A stretch of DNA of 63,133 nt, filler included, from Octopus bimaculoides (GCF_001194135.2; 4 parts of 4 records of this genome joined end to end with filler, not necessarily neighbours in it); one strand, 5' to 3'. Counted from the first letter of the whole stretch, positions 12,730-25,467 are shown. Numbers and translations are program-made. Notes: generated by a model not told the origin, from the sequence alone.

Positions 12730-13456
12730 NNNNNNNNNNNNNNNNNNNNNNNNNNNNNNNNNNNNNNNNNNNNNNNNNNNNNNNNNNNNNNNNNNNNNNN
12801 NNNNNNNNNNNNNNNNNNNNNNNNNNNNNNNNNNNNNNNNNNNNNNNNNNNNNNNNNNNNNNNNNNNNNNNNNNNNNNNNNNNNNNNNNNNNNNNNNNNN
12901 NNNNNNNNNNNNNNNNNNNNNNNNNNNNNNNNNNNNNNNNNNNNNNNNNNNNNNNNNNNNNNNNNNNNNNNNNNNNNNNNNNNNNNNNNNNNNNNNNNNN
13001 NNNNNNNNNNNNNNNNNNNNNNNNNNNNNNNNNNNNNNNNNNNNNNNNNNNNNNNNNNNNNNNNNNNNNNNNNNNNNNNNNNNNNNNNNNNNNNNNNNNN
13101 NNNNNNNNNNNNNNNNNNNNNNNNNNNNNNNNNNNNNNNNNNNNNNNNNNNNNNNNNNNNNNNNNNNNNNNNNNNNNNNNNNNNNNNNNNNNNNNNNNNN
13201 NNNNNNNNNNNNNNNNNNNNNNNNNNNNNNNNNNNNNNNNNNNNNNNNNNNNNNNNNNNNNNNNNNNNNNNNNNNNNNNNNNNNNNNNNNNNNNNNNNNN
13301 NNNNNNNNNNNNNNNNNNNNNNNNNNNNNNNNNNNNNNNNNNNNNNNNNNNNNNNNNNNNNNNNNNNNNNNNNNNNNNNNNNNNNNNNNNNNNNNNNNNN
13401 NNNNNNNNNNNNNNNNNNNNNNNNNNNNNNNNNNNNNNNNNNNNNNNNNNNNNNNN

Positions 13457-13539
<83 letters not shown>

Positions 13540-13575
13540 CGTGTGTGTGTGTGTGTGTGTGTGTGCGTGCATGTA
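11341..13575. repeat. Microsatellite-rich stretch ((TA)n, (CA)n, (GA)n, (CTAT)n) with two N gaps
   Basis: Direct reading. Confidence 0.9.
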
Positions 13576-13812
13576 TATTTATGTGTATGTGCCTTTGTGT
13601 TTGTGTTGATCCTCCTATCACCACTTGACAACCGGTGTTGGTGTGTTTACGTTCTCGCAAGCAAGCGGTTTTTGCAAAAGAGATCGATAGAATAAGTGCT
13701 AGGCCTAAAAAATAAGTCATGGGGTCGATTTGTTCGACTAAAGCCCTTAAAAGTAGTACTGTATCATGGCCTCAGTCCAAGAAGTGGAACAAATAAAAGA
13801 TAAAAAAAGATA
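13575..13812 (+). mobile_element. SINE family A, 3' half
   Basis: cttgacaaccggtgttggtgtgtttac...gatagaataagt...ggggtcgatttg.tcgactaa. Confidence 0.8.
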
Positions 13813-13954
13813 AATGATACATACAGACATACAGCCGGACACACACAACGGTCTTCCATACAGTTTCCGCCTACCATATTCCCAAACAAGTGGGTCTAGA
13901 AGTGTTTCTGACGTAGACAATGTTCGGGACCATTGTGCTTATCAGCAACGAAGA

Positions 13955-14345
13955 ACTCTTTTACTCTTTTACTCTTTTACTTGTTTCAGTCATTTGACTG
14001 CGGCCATGCTGGAGCACCGCCATTAGTCGAGCAAATCGACCCCAGGACTTATTCTTTGGATGCCTAGTACTTATTCTATCAGTCTCTTTTGCCGAACCGC
14101 TAAGTTACGGGGACCTAAACACACCACCATCGGTTGTCAAGCGACGTTGGGGGGACAAACACAAACACACAAACACATACACACATATACATATATATAT
14201 ATATACATATATACGACAGGCTTCTTTCAGTTTCCGTCTACCAAATCCACTCACAAGGCTTTGGTCGGGAATGAACGCAGTGGGAATGAACCCGGAACTA
14301 TGTGGTTGGTAAGCGAGCTACTTACCACACAGCCACTCCTGCGCC
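13955..14345 (-). mobile_element. SINE family A with an internal deletion
   Basis: Full head and tail; lacks the cccgaggctatagtagaagacacttgcccaaggtgcc segment. Confidence 0.9.
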
Positions 14346-14456
14346 TATAGAACTGGTGAAAAGCCACATATCGATTGTACCTCGTTGGAAAATAATCTAA
14401 GACGTAATGAAGAACAACCTGCTTCTTGTCAGATTCTTTTATAAACTTCAAGAAAG

Positions 14457-14804
14457 TGGTTCCGGGTTCAATCCCACTGCGTGGCACCTTGGGTAAGTGT
14501 CTTCTACTATAGCGTCGGGCCGACCAAAGCCTTGTGAGTGGATTTGGTAGATGGAAACTGAAAGAAGCCCGTCGTGTATATGTATGTATATGTGTGTGTT
14601 TGTGCGTCTGTGTTTGTCCCCTCAACATCGCTTGACACCCGATGCTGGTGTGTTTACGTCCCCGTAACTTAGCGGTTTGGCAAAAGAGACCGATAGAATA
14701 AATACTAGGCTTACAAAGAATAAGTCCTGGGGTCGATTTGCTCGACTAAAGGCGGTGCTCCAGCATGGCCGCAGTCAAATGACTGAAACAAGTAAAAGAG
14801 TAAA
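14457..14804 (+). mobile_element. SINE family A, 5' truncated, inverted relative to 13955-14345
   Basis: ttccgggttcaatcccactgcgtggcaccttggg...actgaaacaagtaaaagagta. Confidence 0.92.
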
Positions 14805-14992
14805 GCATGTGATTCAGGAAAGCACTGTAATTGCTAGGCTTCAAGAGAGCAAGAGCGAGGGAATGCTGTAAGAGATCTGTTGATCATATAAACCATGCAC
14901 TGTGCTCTTTGAGCCATCATAGCCAGGTACGATAATACTTCGGAAAGAGTAAGCATAAGGAGAATTAAGACAGACATGGTTGAACTTTTGTC

Positions 14993-15782
14993 TAAGGTCG
15001 ACTTTGCCCTTCATCCTTTCGGGGTCGATTAAATAAGTACCAGTTACGCACTGGGGTCGATGTAATTGACTTAATCCGTTTGTCCCCTCTATGTTTAGCC
15101 CCTTGTGGGCAATAACGAAATAAGAAACGTTAGAACACCGGGCGAAATGCTTAGCAGTATTTCGTCTGTCTTTATGTTCTGAGTTCAAATTCCGCCGACG
15201 TCGACTTTGCCTTTCACGTATTTGAGCAACAAACTTCTTACCACACAGCCACGCCTCTATGTATGCTGTCTGTAATGTTAGGGTTCATTAAGGCGGCGAG
15301 NNNNNNNNNNNNNNNNNNNNNNNNNNNNNNNNNNNNNNNNNNNNNNNNNNNNNNNNNNNNNNNNNNNNNNNNNNNNNNNNNNNNNNNNNNNNNNNNNNNN
15401 NNNNNNNNNNNNNNNNNNNNNNNNNNNNNNNNNNNNNNNNNNNNNNNNNNTAAGGTCGACTTTGCCCTTCATCCTTTCGGGGTCGATTAAATAAGTACCA
15501 GTTACGCACTGGGGTCGATGTAATTGACTTAATCCGTTTGTCCCCTCTATGTTTAGCCCCTTGTGGGCAATAAAGAAATAAGAAACGTTAGCACGCCGGG
15601 CGAAATGCTTAGCGGTATTTCGTCTGTCTTTATGTTCTGAGTTCAAATTCCGCCGAGGTCGACTTTGCCTTTCATCCGTTCAGAGTCGATAAATAAAATA
15701 CCAGTTGCATTCTGAGGTCGAGCTAATCGACTGGCTCCCTCCCTCCCCCAAAATTTTAGACCTTGTTCCTAGAGTAGAAAAG
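14993..15782 (+). mobile_element. Tandem family C SINE multimers; 14993-15217 is a near-copy of 15451-15675
   Basis: Both units share diagnostic variants (gcccttcatcc, gtaattgac); tail-to-head fusion at AGAA|ACGTTAG. Confidence 0.88.
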
Positions 15783-16084
15783 GATATATTTCTGTTCTAC
15801 GCCGCCCGGTAAGCTGTTGGAGACCATGAAGATATGGGTTTTTCTCTTTTAAAATGTTGTTTCGGCGATGGTGCTTGGCGTAGACTTTCCGAACGACAAC
15901 GCTTTGCTAACGGATGAGATTACAGATGCTCAGGTGTCTTCGATGAGTGTTTCACGCTTAGTTTCAATGGCTTTGCTCCTAATTTCCACAAACAGTTCCG
16001 ATTCTAAGAAGCCGCCCATAATCCATATGATTTCTGGGACCTTGGTGCTGGTTTCTCAACCTTATTATTGATGTTAACACGATA

Positions 16085-16124
16085 ACCACTAACGCCACTA
16101 CTACTACTTCTACTGCTGCTGCTG

Positions 16125-16171
<47 letters not shown>

Positions 16172-16172
16172 T

Positions 16173-16205
<33 letters not shown>

Positions 16206-16311
16206 CCATCAACAACAATAACAAGAAAAGCAACGTTACCACTACCAACAACAGGTCCATAATCATCAAAGCAGCCACCATCACTATTTTCGCCATTGCC
16301 GCCATTATTAA

Positions 16312-16393
<82 letters not shown>

Positions 16394-16714
16394 ACCAATA
16401 CAAATGACCACTTTATCATTAATACCATCAACGCCATCACTACCATCAAAAATAACATCGCCTCCACCATCATCACTACGACTACTACTACTACTACTAC
16501 TACTACTACTGCCACTATCGCCACTACAATCACTACTATCATGAACACCAGCACAGCAACACCACCACAGCAACACCAACAACAGTGTCAACATCGCTGG
16601 TACCGCCACCAGTTCAACATCGAACACCATATATAGAAAGACAAACCCCCAATACAACGAACTCCAGCCATGGTACCTCCGCCACCGCCGCCGCCTCTAC
16701 CACCACCACCACCA
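16085..16714. repeat. Degenerate (CTA)n/(CTG)n/(CCA)n triplet array
   Basis: Direct reading. Confidence 0.92.
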
Positions 16715-16814
16715 NNNNNNNNNNNNNNNNNNNNNNNNNNNNNNNNNNNNNNNNNNNNTTAATTAATTAANNNNNNNNNNNNNNNNNNNNNNNNNNNNNN
16801 NNNNNNNNNNNNNN
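16715..16814. other. Artificial scaffold linker N44-TTAATTAATTAA-N44
   Basis: Exactly 100 bp, identical to 44311-44410 and 58415-58514. Confidence 0.97.
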
Positions 16815-17238
16815 CAATTTCATACTGAAACTATTAAAGTGAGACTATACTCTCACATATATACAGGCATACTATAAGACCCAAGTAAAAACATTCCCAA
16901 CAATTCAACTTCTCTGGTTGACATTAACACCCCCACCCCCAATAGGGGCCTTCATTCCCACATTTTAGAGCTCCATGAGCTCCATTTTGCAGAAGCAAAA
17001 TCTTTTTTACAGGTTCCAGAAGACTGAAATTTTGGAATATGCGCATAAAGATCAATAGTATGGGATACATGTTTCATGATTAGAATTTTTTTAGGGTGTG
17101 TAAAGAGGGAAAGAACCCTCATGTGCAATTTTGATGAAATTCGAATCATATGTATTCCAGTTCCTTACAGAAAATATAACAGAAAAGTCTCATTTTTCAA
17201 TTGCATCTAACACGGGCAACGCCGGGTATCTCTGCTAG
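16815..17238 (+). mobile_element. Non-autonomous Helitron-like element (3' end clear, 5' end uncertain)
   Basis: Ends cacgggcaacgccgggtatctctgCTAG|t; same hairpin, 7-nt spacer and CTAG as the helicase-bearing Helitron at 55143. Confidence 0.7.
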
Positions 17239-17249
17239 TATATATATAA

Positions 17250-17650
17250 AGACATGGCTGTATGGTTGAGAAGCATGCTTCCAAATCATATGCTCTTGGG
17301 TTCAGTCCTACAGAGTAGCACCTAGGACAAGTGTCTTTTGCTACAGCCCTGAACTGACCAAAGCCTTGTCAGTTGATTTGGTTGATGAAAACTGTCTTAT
17401 ATATGTGTGTGTATTTGTATTTACCCTTGTTTTGACATCATGTAATGGTTGTGAGCATCATTGTCATTCAATCAATGTTATTCATTTCCACTCTTCTGCG
17501 CAAAACATGTCTGACATGGGAAATATTACTTTGCTTTGAAACAGGTAAGGGTTGATGACAGGAAGGGCATCCACTCACAAAAGATCTGGATCTACAAATT
17601 CTGTCTGATACATGCAGGCATGAGAAAGTGAATGTTAAATGATGAATGTT
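17250..17650 (+). mobile_element. Older SINE: family A-type head with an RTE-like 3' tail (gacaggaagggcatcc...gttaaatgatga)
   Basis: Head ggctgtatggttgagaag...gcacctaggacaagtgtctt...gaccaaagccttg; the same tail type occurs at 24015-24422. Confidence 0.75.
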
Positions 17651-17843
17651 AGGAAGAAAGGAAGCGATTTAATATTTTCTTGTATCAATTATTACTACAT
17701 GTGATAAAATACTATTACTTGTTTGTAAATAATTTAGTTAATTGAGCCATTTTTAGTTAGTTTCAGTTGTCACACTGTGCTGTTCCTTGTAGGTGTGACA
17801 ATCACAATCGTTTTAAGTAATTTTAATATTTTCTTTTTTTCAG

Positions 17844-18296
17844 ATATTGACACTGATATTTTTGACTCCAACCATGGTGCACTTGATCTTTCTCAAAAGA
17901 ACTATGCTCCAGCACAGATCATTATAAAACAGGAACCATCAGAAAAGGAAAAAATTGCCAACAGTACCAGAGCTAGCAATAATACCAACATAGCAACAGT
18001 TGCAAATATTACTAACAGTATCAGTAACAATAGCAGCAGTTGTAATAACATTGTCAGTGCTATAAATGCTAACATCACAAATATCAGCGAGGATGACAAT
18101 AATATCATCAGTAACAGTAACTCTATTGACAGCCCACTTTCAAACAGCACTACTCTGCCCACTTCCAATGTTCAGCCAACACTGATATTTAGCACAACAA
18201 CCAGCTGTCCAGTGAAAACAGAGACCCCAATTTTACCAAACATATCAATAAAATCAGAACCTACAGAATTTATGGATACTAGTTCAGATCATTCAG
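17844..18296 (+). CDS. CREB3L1/2: CREB3L exon (phase 1-1, 453 nt): N-terminal low-complexity region DIDTDIFDS...IIKQEP...[16 protein letters not shown]
   Basis: Acceptor ttcttttttttcAG at 17842-43 and donor TCAG|gtatgt at 18297. Open frame; phase matches the next exon; IK.EP motifs are typical of the family. Confidence 0.88.
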
Positions 18297-18717
18297 GTAT
18301 GTCTCTCTTTTCATACTCTTATTTCTTACATAATTTAATTCTAGAATTGCCAAATATGATATTTATGGATTCAAAACCACTGGCTTTGATTGTTCTCATA
18401 TGAAAGCTGATTTAAGTTTCACCAAATCAAAAACGGTTTCCAGTTGAACAAAACTGAAACTGTGGCAAAACTATTTACAGTTTAGTTAAATAAACTATTG
18501 TTAATGACTGGCTCATGGAAAATAACTTGGGGAAAGTACCTGCATATTAAAATCAACTCATTACTCTTTTACTTGTTTCAGTCATTTGACTGTGGCCATG
18601 CTGGAGCACCGCCTTTAGTCAAGAAAATCGACCCCAGGACTTATTCTTTGTAAGCCTAGTACTTATTCTATTGGTCTCTTTTGCCAAACCACTAAGTTAC
18701 GGGGGACAAACAGACAC

Positions 18718-18789
<72 letters not shown>

Positions 18790-21700
18790 ATATATACGAC
18801 AAGCTTCTTTCAGTTTCCATCTACCAAATCCACTTATAAGGCTTTGGTCGACCCGAGGCTATAGTAAAAGACACTTGCCCAAGGTGCCACGCAGTGGGAA
18901 TGAACCTGGAACTATGTGGTTGGTAAGCAAGCTACTTACCACACAGCCACTCTTGCGCCTAAATAATTATGTTTTGTGTGGTTTATTTATTTTTGACATT
19001 TCCCTTTGACTTATTACACCATGCTCAATACTAATCTAGTACACTTAATTTGTTGTTATTTAGGTTATGAATCCATGAATCTTCCACCCACCCCTCCCAG
19101 TAGCAACACCAGTGACAGTGAAGGTAGCTTCAGCCCTCTGCGTTCTGCACCATCAAGTCCAGTACGGCCAGTATCAACAGCAAAGCCACTTCCATCCAAC
19201 AGTACTAAACATATTTCTCAACCATTGTTTACTAACCCGGTGAGTATTTCTAGAGAGTACTTCATTACACTCATTTTGTTCCATTGGAATTATTAGTTAC
19301 TTACTGAAACTCCAGTTTCAGTCGGAGATTAAAATCTTGGGGACACTTTCTTTCTTACAGGAGAAATAAATCTGGAGTGACCTCATGCTGGCCCTCTTGT
19401 AGCTTGAGAAGTTTTAAACTTTCATTATTTTCTCACCCATTTTATTTAGACCAATGTTGGAATTTTGTCAGCCAGCCACTTTGGCTTTCTTAAACAGAAC
19501 ACAAGACTTTTTCTCTCTCTTTCTCTCCCCCTCTCTCTTTCTCTCTCCCCCTCTCTCTTTCTCTCNNNNNNNNNNCTCTCCCCCTCTCTCTTTCTCTCTC
19601 TCCCCTCTCTCTTTCTCTCTCTCCCCTCTCTCTTTCTCTCTTCCTCTCTCTCACACACACTTGGCACCCAACAGCCATGAGCAAGCTGCTTCTCTTAGTA
19701 CTCTTATCACTTTAGTTTTGCCCCAACAGACTGTTTTGAGCGGCTGTCTATTTTTACTGTCTTCAAACAGAACTACCAATGGTATTTCTTCTATATTTCA
19801 GTTAGTCTCAATACAAAACACATTTTAGCAACTTTATCATTGTTATCACTGTGCATCCTTTATTTTCTACAAATGTTTCAATATACAGCATTATTATAAG
19901 ATAGGTTTACATAAATATATTTGTAGGGAAAATATTATGTGTATGTTCACTGTTTGTACAAGTCAAGTCCTTGACTGTCAGAGCTTTGTCTTCCCTGTAG
20001 GATGAAACAGATATTACTGAATATTTTCTACATGTTTTTAGTTAGTCAGGGTGATGCTGCAGTTGTTAATTTGAACATCCATAGGTTAATATCCGCATAA
20101 AATATTAACACATGGAATCACAAAGGGTTGCAGTTTTGGGAAAAAATAACTAGGTAAAGTATTCAATGCAGAGTCTGAGTGAGATTAGGAAAAACAGAAG
20201 TAACAAATGTGAGGAATGAATATTCATATTTCTAGCTCAAAAGAGCAGAGGCCACTGTAGAATTAATAGAAATGACAGAAAAGAGAATATGCGAGCCAGT
20301 GGTTTTAAGTGTGTTGGTGTTTGGACATTTTATGTGCACTAGTAACAAATCTATATATATCAATGATACTCCATTGTGTACTAGTATCACAGCATTACAT
20401 GTCAATGGTACCAATGGTGCTCTGTTGTGAGTCTTACATGTGCTGTACAGAGGATCAATAACTGATCAAAACTGAGGGATTTCCTGGCCATTAAGATCAA
20501 CTTAGTCTTAGAGATTTAATTTTGACGATTTCATATTTAGAAGGTTACTTTGAGAGATCATTGGTTTATGCTGTTCTCTTGCTGAGCAAACACACTTCCC
20601 TTCTAGCTGTCCTTTTGCTCATCTACCAATCCTGATTGAGTAACATAGGCAGAGATAAATGTTGCTGTTGTATTTTTCAAGACAAACCTAAGGTTAATTA
20701 TCCTATCACACACTCTTCCTTAATCATTTCATCTATCCATTTTTTGGTTCAAAGTAGCCAACTTCCTTCACAGCATCACTATCGTCTACCCAGAAGAATT
20801 TGTAGTTATGTCCCTTGCCTGTGAGGAGTATAGTTGAAGCTCTCCTCTGTCATACCTTTTGCATACAGCTCATGTCTCCACTGCTACCATTTTTTCAGTC
20901 TCCCCAAGCTTCTTTCTCCATTTTATGGCTCTGTCTATCTCACTGTTCTAACACCATGTCATTCTTGGTCTGGCTTTGCACCAGCCACAGATTTGATCTG
21001 CTGCCCTCAATAAGTTGTCCTGTAAGAACTTCCAATGTTCTCTTTCTGGACAAATGCTTCAATTAAAACTTCTATAAACCTCTGATTGTTCAATGGATAT
21101 TTAAACTTTCATGTCTTCCTTTTTCAAACTGGTTTGTGTCTGAATCTTCTAAGCTCTAAGTCTGAAATCATTAACCTATGTTGGGTTGTACAGTCTTTAC
21201 CGGGGAAGGACTTTGTATTGATCATCAGTCTATCCCTGTTTCTGAAATCGATCTGGTTTGTGTGCCCACCAAACTGACAGGTGATCAGGCATTTGTCTTC
21301 TTTCCTGAAGCTTAGAACCAGTTCAGCTTGTGGAGCATATACAGAAATACATATCAGTGCTGCATTATCCTAGAGTAGTCTAACTACCTAGTCTGCTCTA
21401 TCTGCTCATTTTTCTGTTTAAAGTATACCTGCACCACCCACACCATTCCCAGAATTTGTATCTTTATCCTTTGTTCATGATAAATCTGGTTGATCTAAAA
21501 TGATCCTTTTGCTCATCTACCAATCTTGATTGAGTAACATAGGCAGAGATAAATGTTGCTGTTGTATTTTTCAAGACAAACCTAAGGTTAATTATCCTAT
21601 CACACACTCTTCCTTAATCATTTCATCTATCCACTTTTTGTTCAAAGTATGCCAACTTCCTTCACAGTATCACTATCACCTACCCAGACGAATTTGTAGC

Positions 21701-23432
21701 CATGCCCCTTGCCTGTGAGGAGTCTGGTTAAATCTATTCTTTGTCATACCTTTTGCATACAGCTCATGTCTACTACATGCCTCTGTTCTAGCATTGTACC
21801 AATCTCACCAGACCAACCTTTCATTGTGCCTATGTTGATTAGGGCTGCCTTAAAGTTGTAAATTTGACAGGAAGAGCAAGTAGAGAGCTAGTGGACAATT
21901 TTCACTAGTTGAAGAGAAAGTTTGTGGAAATGTTTGCTTGCAGGCAGATAGTTCTGGTGCATAATCAGACAGTCAAATATTTTTACCACTCAATTGAACC
22001 ACTAATTCCACAGGCCCTCAAACATTCAAGGTCAAATAAGTAGATGAAAGAATAAAAGGGTTGTTATTGTGTAGAAAGGGGATATCATGTAAATCTAACA
22101 TAAAGGTGGGGTGATAAGGGGAGAAAGGGAAGAGAAAAATACTGAAGACGTTTCTAAAAGATAATGAAGGTCATACTTAAAACTTGAATATATTGCTTGA
22201 AAATTATACTTAAAATAAATATGTTTAACTACTGCATGTACATGTTGTGGCCATATTTCTAAAAGGAAAAGATTATGCTATTGGCAACAAATGAATTATG
22301 AATGAGAAAGTAGGAGGCAGTGACAAACATTGAGCAAATATATTAAATATTTAAAGAAATAAAACAATCAGTACAACTTAGCTTCATTGATATTTGTGTA
22401 TGAGTATATATACAGGATGTTCAGGCTAAATTTGACATATAAGGAAAACAAAACACAATATCTCATCCAAAACTAAAGTATTTTAGAAAGTCAAAAAATA
22501 TCAACTAGATTATTGCTGGGAAATAACAGTTTACTCAAAATAACTGCCCTCAGCTTCCACCATAGCCTCAGGATGATTTTGAAACCTGGCACATGCATTC
22601 CTCACTGTGTCCCTGAGAAAAATTTTGAACACCTTGATCTTGGCCACCAGCTTAGCCTTGGTTTTACAGGCAGAGCAATTAATGTCTTTCTCAACTGTGC
22701 CTCACGTAATAATCCATGGAATCGCAATTGGGAGAATTAGTAGGCCAGAAATTGGTGCTGATGGAGTCATAGAAATTCTCTGACAACCAGACTCTTCTCA
22801 GAGGTATGACAAGGATCCAAATCCTGTTGCCACACAAATAGCCTTCCAGCTGCAACCCTCTTCAGTGAAGGTTTGACCAGTCTTCGCATAGCTGTCTGAA
22901 TTGAGTTTAGCTCTGTTCATGAATTGTTGAATGAATTCTGACTTGCAGAACACCCACTGTGTCCCTTCATGCTGACCATGACTCCATAGTCTCCATTACA
23001 GCAGTTCATGTCACATCTTAAAGCCTTTACAGGGTTGACAGAGCATCGAGCAGCATGGTGTCAGCATTTTGATACTTGGCTGAATCATCATGATATAGGT
23101 AACTCTTTTCCAATATTTAGATGGCTTCCAGCCCTCTATGTCAGCTAACTTTTTATCAGCTGCAACTTTAATCTTTCTCTAATAAAACAAAGTTATCTCT
23201 CCTCCATTTATCACTTTCTCAACTAGTATTGATTCCAATGCCTTCTTACCTTCATATTAATGTTCTACACTTTATCATTTTTGCAATTTACTGTTCAAAT
23301 AGATTCTCTATTTCCAGCACTGAGTTTATTCAATCCTAATCCTAACCCAAAACCATCAACTGTTCACCAATACACAAAGCTGTTCCTGAAAAAAAGGAAA
23401 CAAAATATTATAAAATTTACCCTGTACACTTT

Positions 23433-23488
<56 letters not shown>

Positions 23489-25418
23489 CATAGTTTGCTA
23501 TAGTTACAATTCAACTGACATAAACAAAAGGGAAGCATCATCAAATCTGATTAACAAAACTCTTCTTTCATATATTTTATGTTTAAGCCAACAATGTATT
23601 TTTTGTATTATTTAGATCCCTCAGTCTGGCTATCTTGTATTAAGTGAAGAAGAGAAGAGGACATTAATTGCTGAAGGTTACCCTATTCCAGGGAAGTTGC
23701 CACTAACCAAGCAAGAAGAAAAAAATCTAAAGAAAATTCGCCGGAAAATAAAGAATAAGGTTCTTATTTCATTATTCAATAACATTTACCTGTCTCTCTG
23801 ACAGGTGACTATCCATATTCTTGTGACCGAGCTTTTTGAAATTTCAGTAATTAAAGATTATTTTGTTCCTAATTAGCTACTATGTCTTATAACCTATTAC
23901 CATTTCTTCTACATGTTTATGTGTTAGTGTCTATTTGACAGATTTTTGATCAGTTGTAGTACAGCTAATGCATCATGTAAATAATCTTAAAACCATATTT
24001 CTATCAGACTGTTTAGGTGCAGATGTCACTGTGATTAAGAAATTTGCTTTCCATCCACATGATTTTGGGTTTAGTCCTACTGCATGGCACCTTAGGCAAG
24101 TGTCTTGTACTATTGCCCCAGGTTGATCAAAGCCTTGTAACTGGATTTAGTAGTCAAAATTGAAAGAAGTTTTTTCTTTTGTGTGTGTAGGGTGTATGTA
24201 CATCTTTGTCTCCTTGTCTTGATTGCACGATGGGTGTAAACAAGTGTTATTGCCATACAAGCAGTGCCATTCATTTCCAAAATTCTGCAAAAACATGTCC
24301 TGTCATAGAGAAACAGGTGAGTGTTTGTAACAGGAAGGACATCTAGCTGAAGAAAATCTGCCTCAGTAAACTTCATCCAACCCATGTAAGCATAGAAAAG
24401 TGGATGTTAAATGATGATGATATTAAATAAACCAAAAGACAATACTTAGCTAAATTACATATACAATATATTATTTACATTCAACCAACATAATGCTCAT
24501 CTAAGGTTATTTTTGGTTTTGACTCTCAGATATCTGCTCAAGAAAGTCGAAGGAAGAAGAAAGAATATCTAGAAACTCTAGAGAAACAGTAAGTTATATC
24601 TCTAAATTGTCTCTAATCTTCCATATAAGATGCAATATTCATTTGTCTATAAATTCTTCCTTGTTGTTATGCTTTCAAGACAGACCTTTTATTTATCTTT
24701 TTCAACTTTCCAAATATAAGTTTAACATGAAACATTTTGCTTGATGTTGTCATCATGAAAATATTGTTGATGCAATGTCCCAGTTAATCAAACTGTAAAA
24801 GGAGACAGCTCTTTTCTGTAAACTGTGATAGCTCTTTTCTATAAACTGTGATTCATTATTTGAAGTGCAAAACCTTAATTTTCCTCTAATAAAACAAAGT
24901 TATCTCTCCTCCATTTATCACTTTCTCAACTAGTATTGATTCCAATGCCTTCTTACCTTCATATTAATGTTCTACACTTTATCATTTTTATAATTCACTG
25001 TTCAAATAGATTCTCTATTTCCAGCACTGAGTTTTTCAAAATTAATTTTTTGCCATTCATTCTATAAAATTATGGCTTAGTTTGCAGACATCCAACCAGG
25101 TTCTGAGTATCTTTAGCTAAACTTGTATATGATAGATTTACTCAATTATTGATTAAAGCGACAAATAAAAGGTTTTAATAACTTCTATTGCAGAGTTGAA
25201 GCATTCACGCAAGAAAATGTGGACCTGAAAAAAAAAGTTGATTCTTTAGAGACTAACAACAGGTATATCATAAAGTGAAACCTGAATAATCTTCAGATTA
25301 TTGATTGTATTTAAATATACTCCTCAACCAAAATGGCCCCATAAGCAACACTTTGTGCATAAAATAACTACATAAGCTGCCTTTATAAGTTCATTTCTCT
25401 TGCTCTCTCTCTCTCTCC

Positions 25419-25467
<49 letters not shown>

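Noticed and set aside
15868-16657. ORFs 15868-16071 (+) and the Ser/Val-rich 15979-16657 (-)
   Set aside because: Driven by (CTA)n repeats; no splice support or recognisable motif.
17793-17843. In-frame upstream acceptor adding 17 aa (GVTITIVLSNFNIFFFS)
   Set aside because: The added residues translate the polypyrimidine tract; the 17844 acceptor is canonical.
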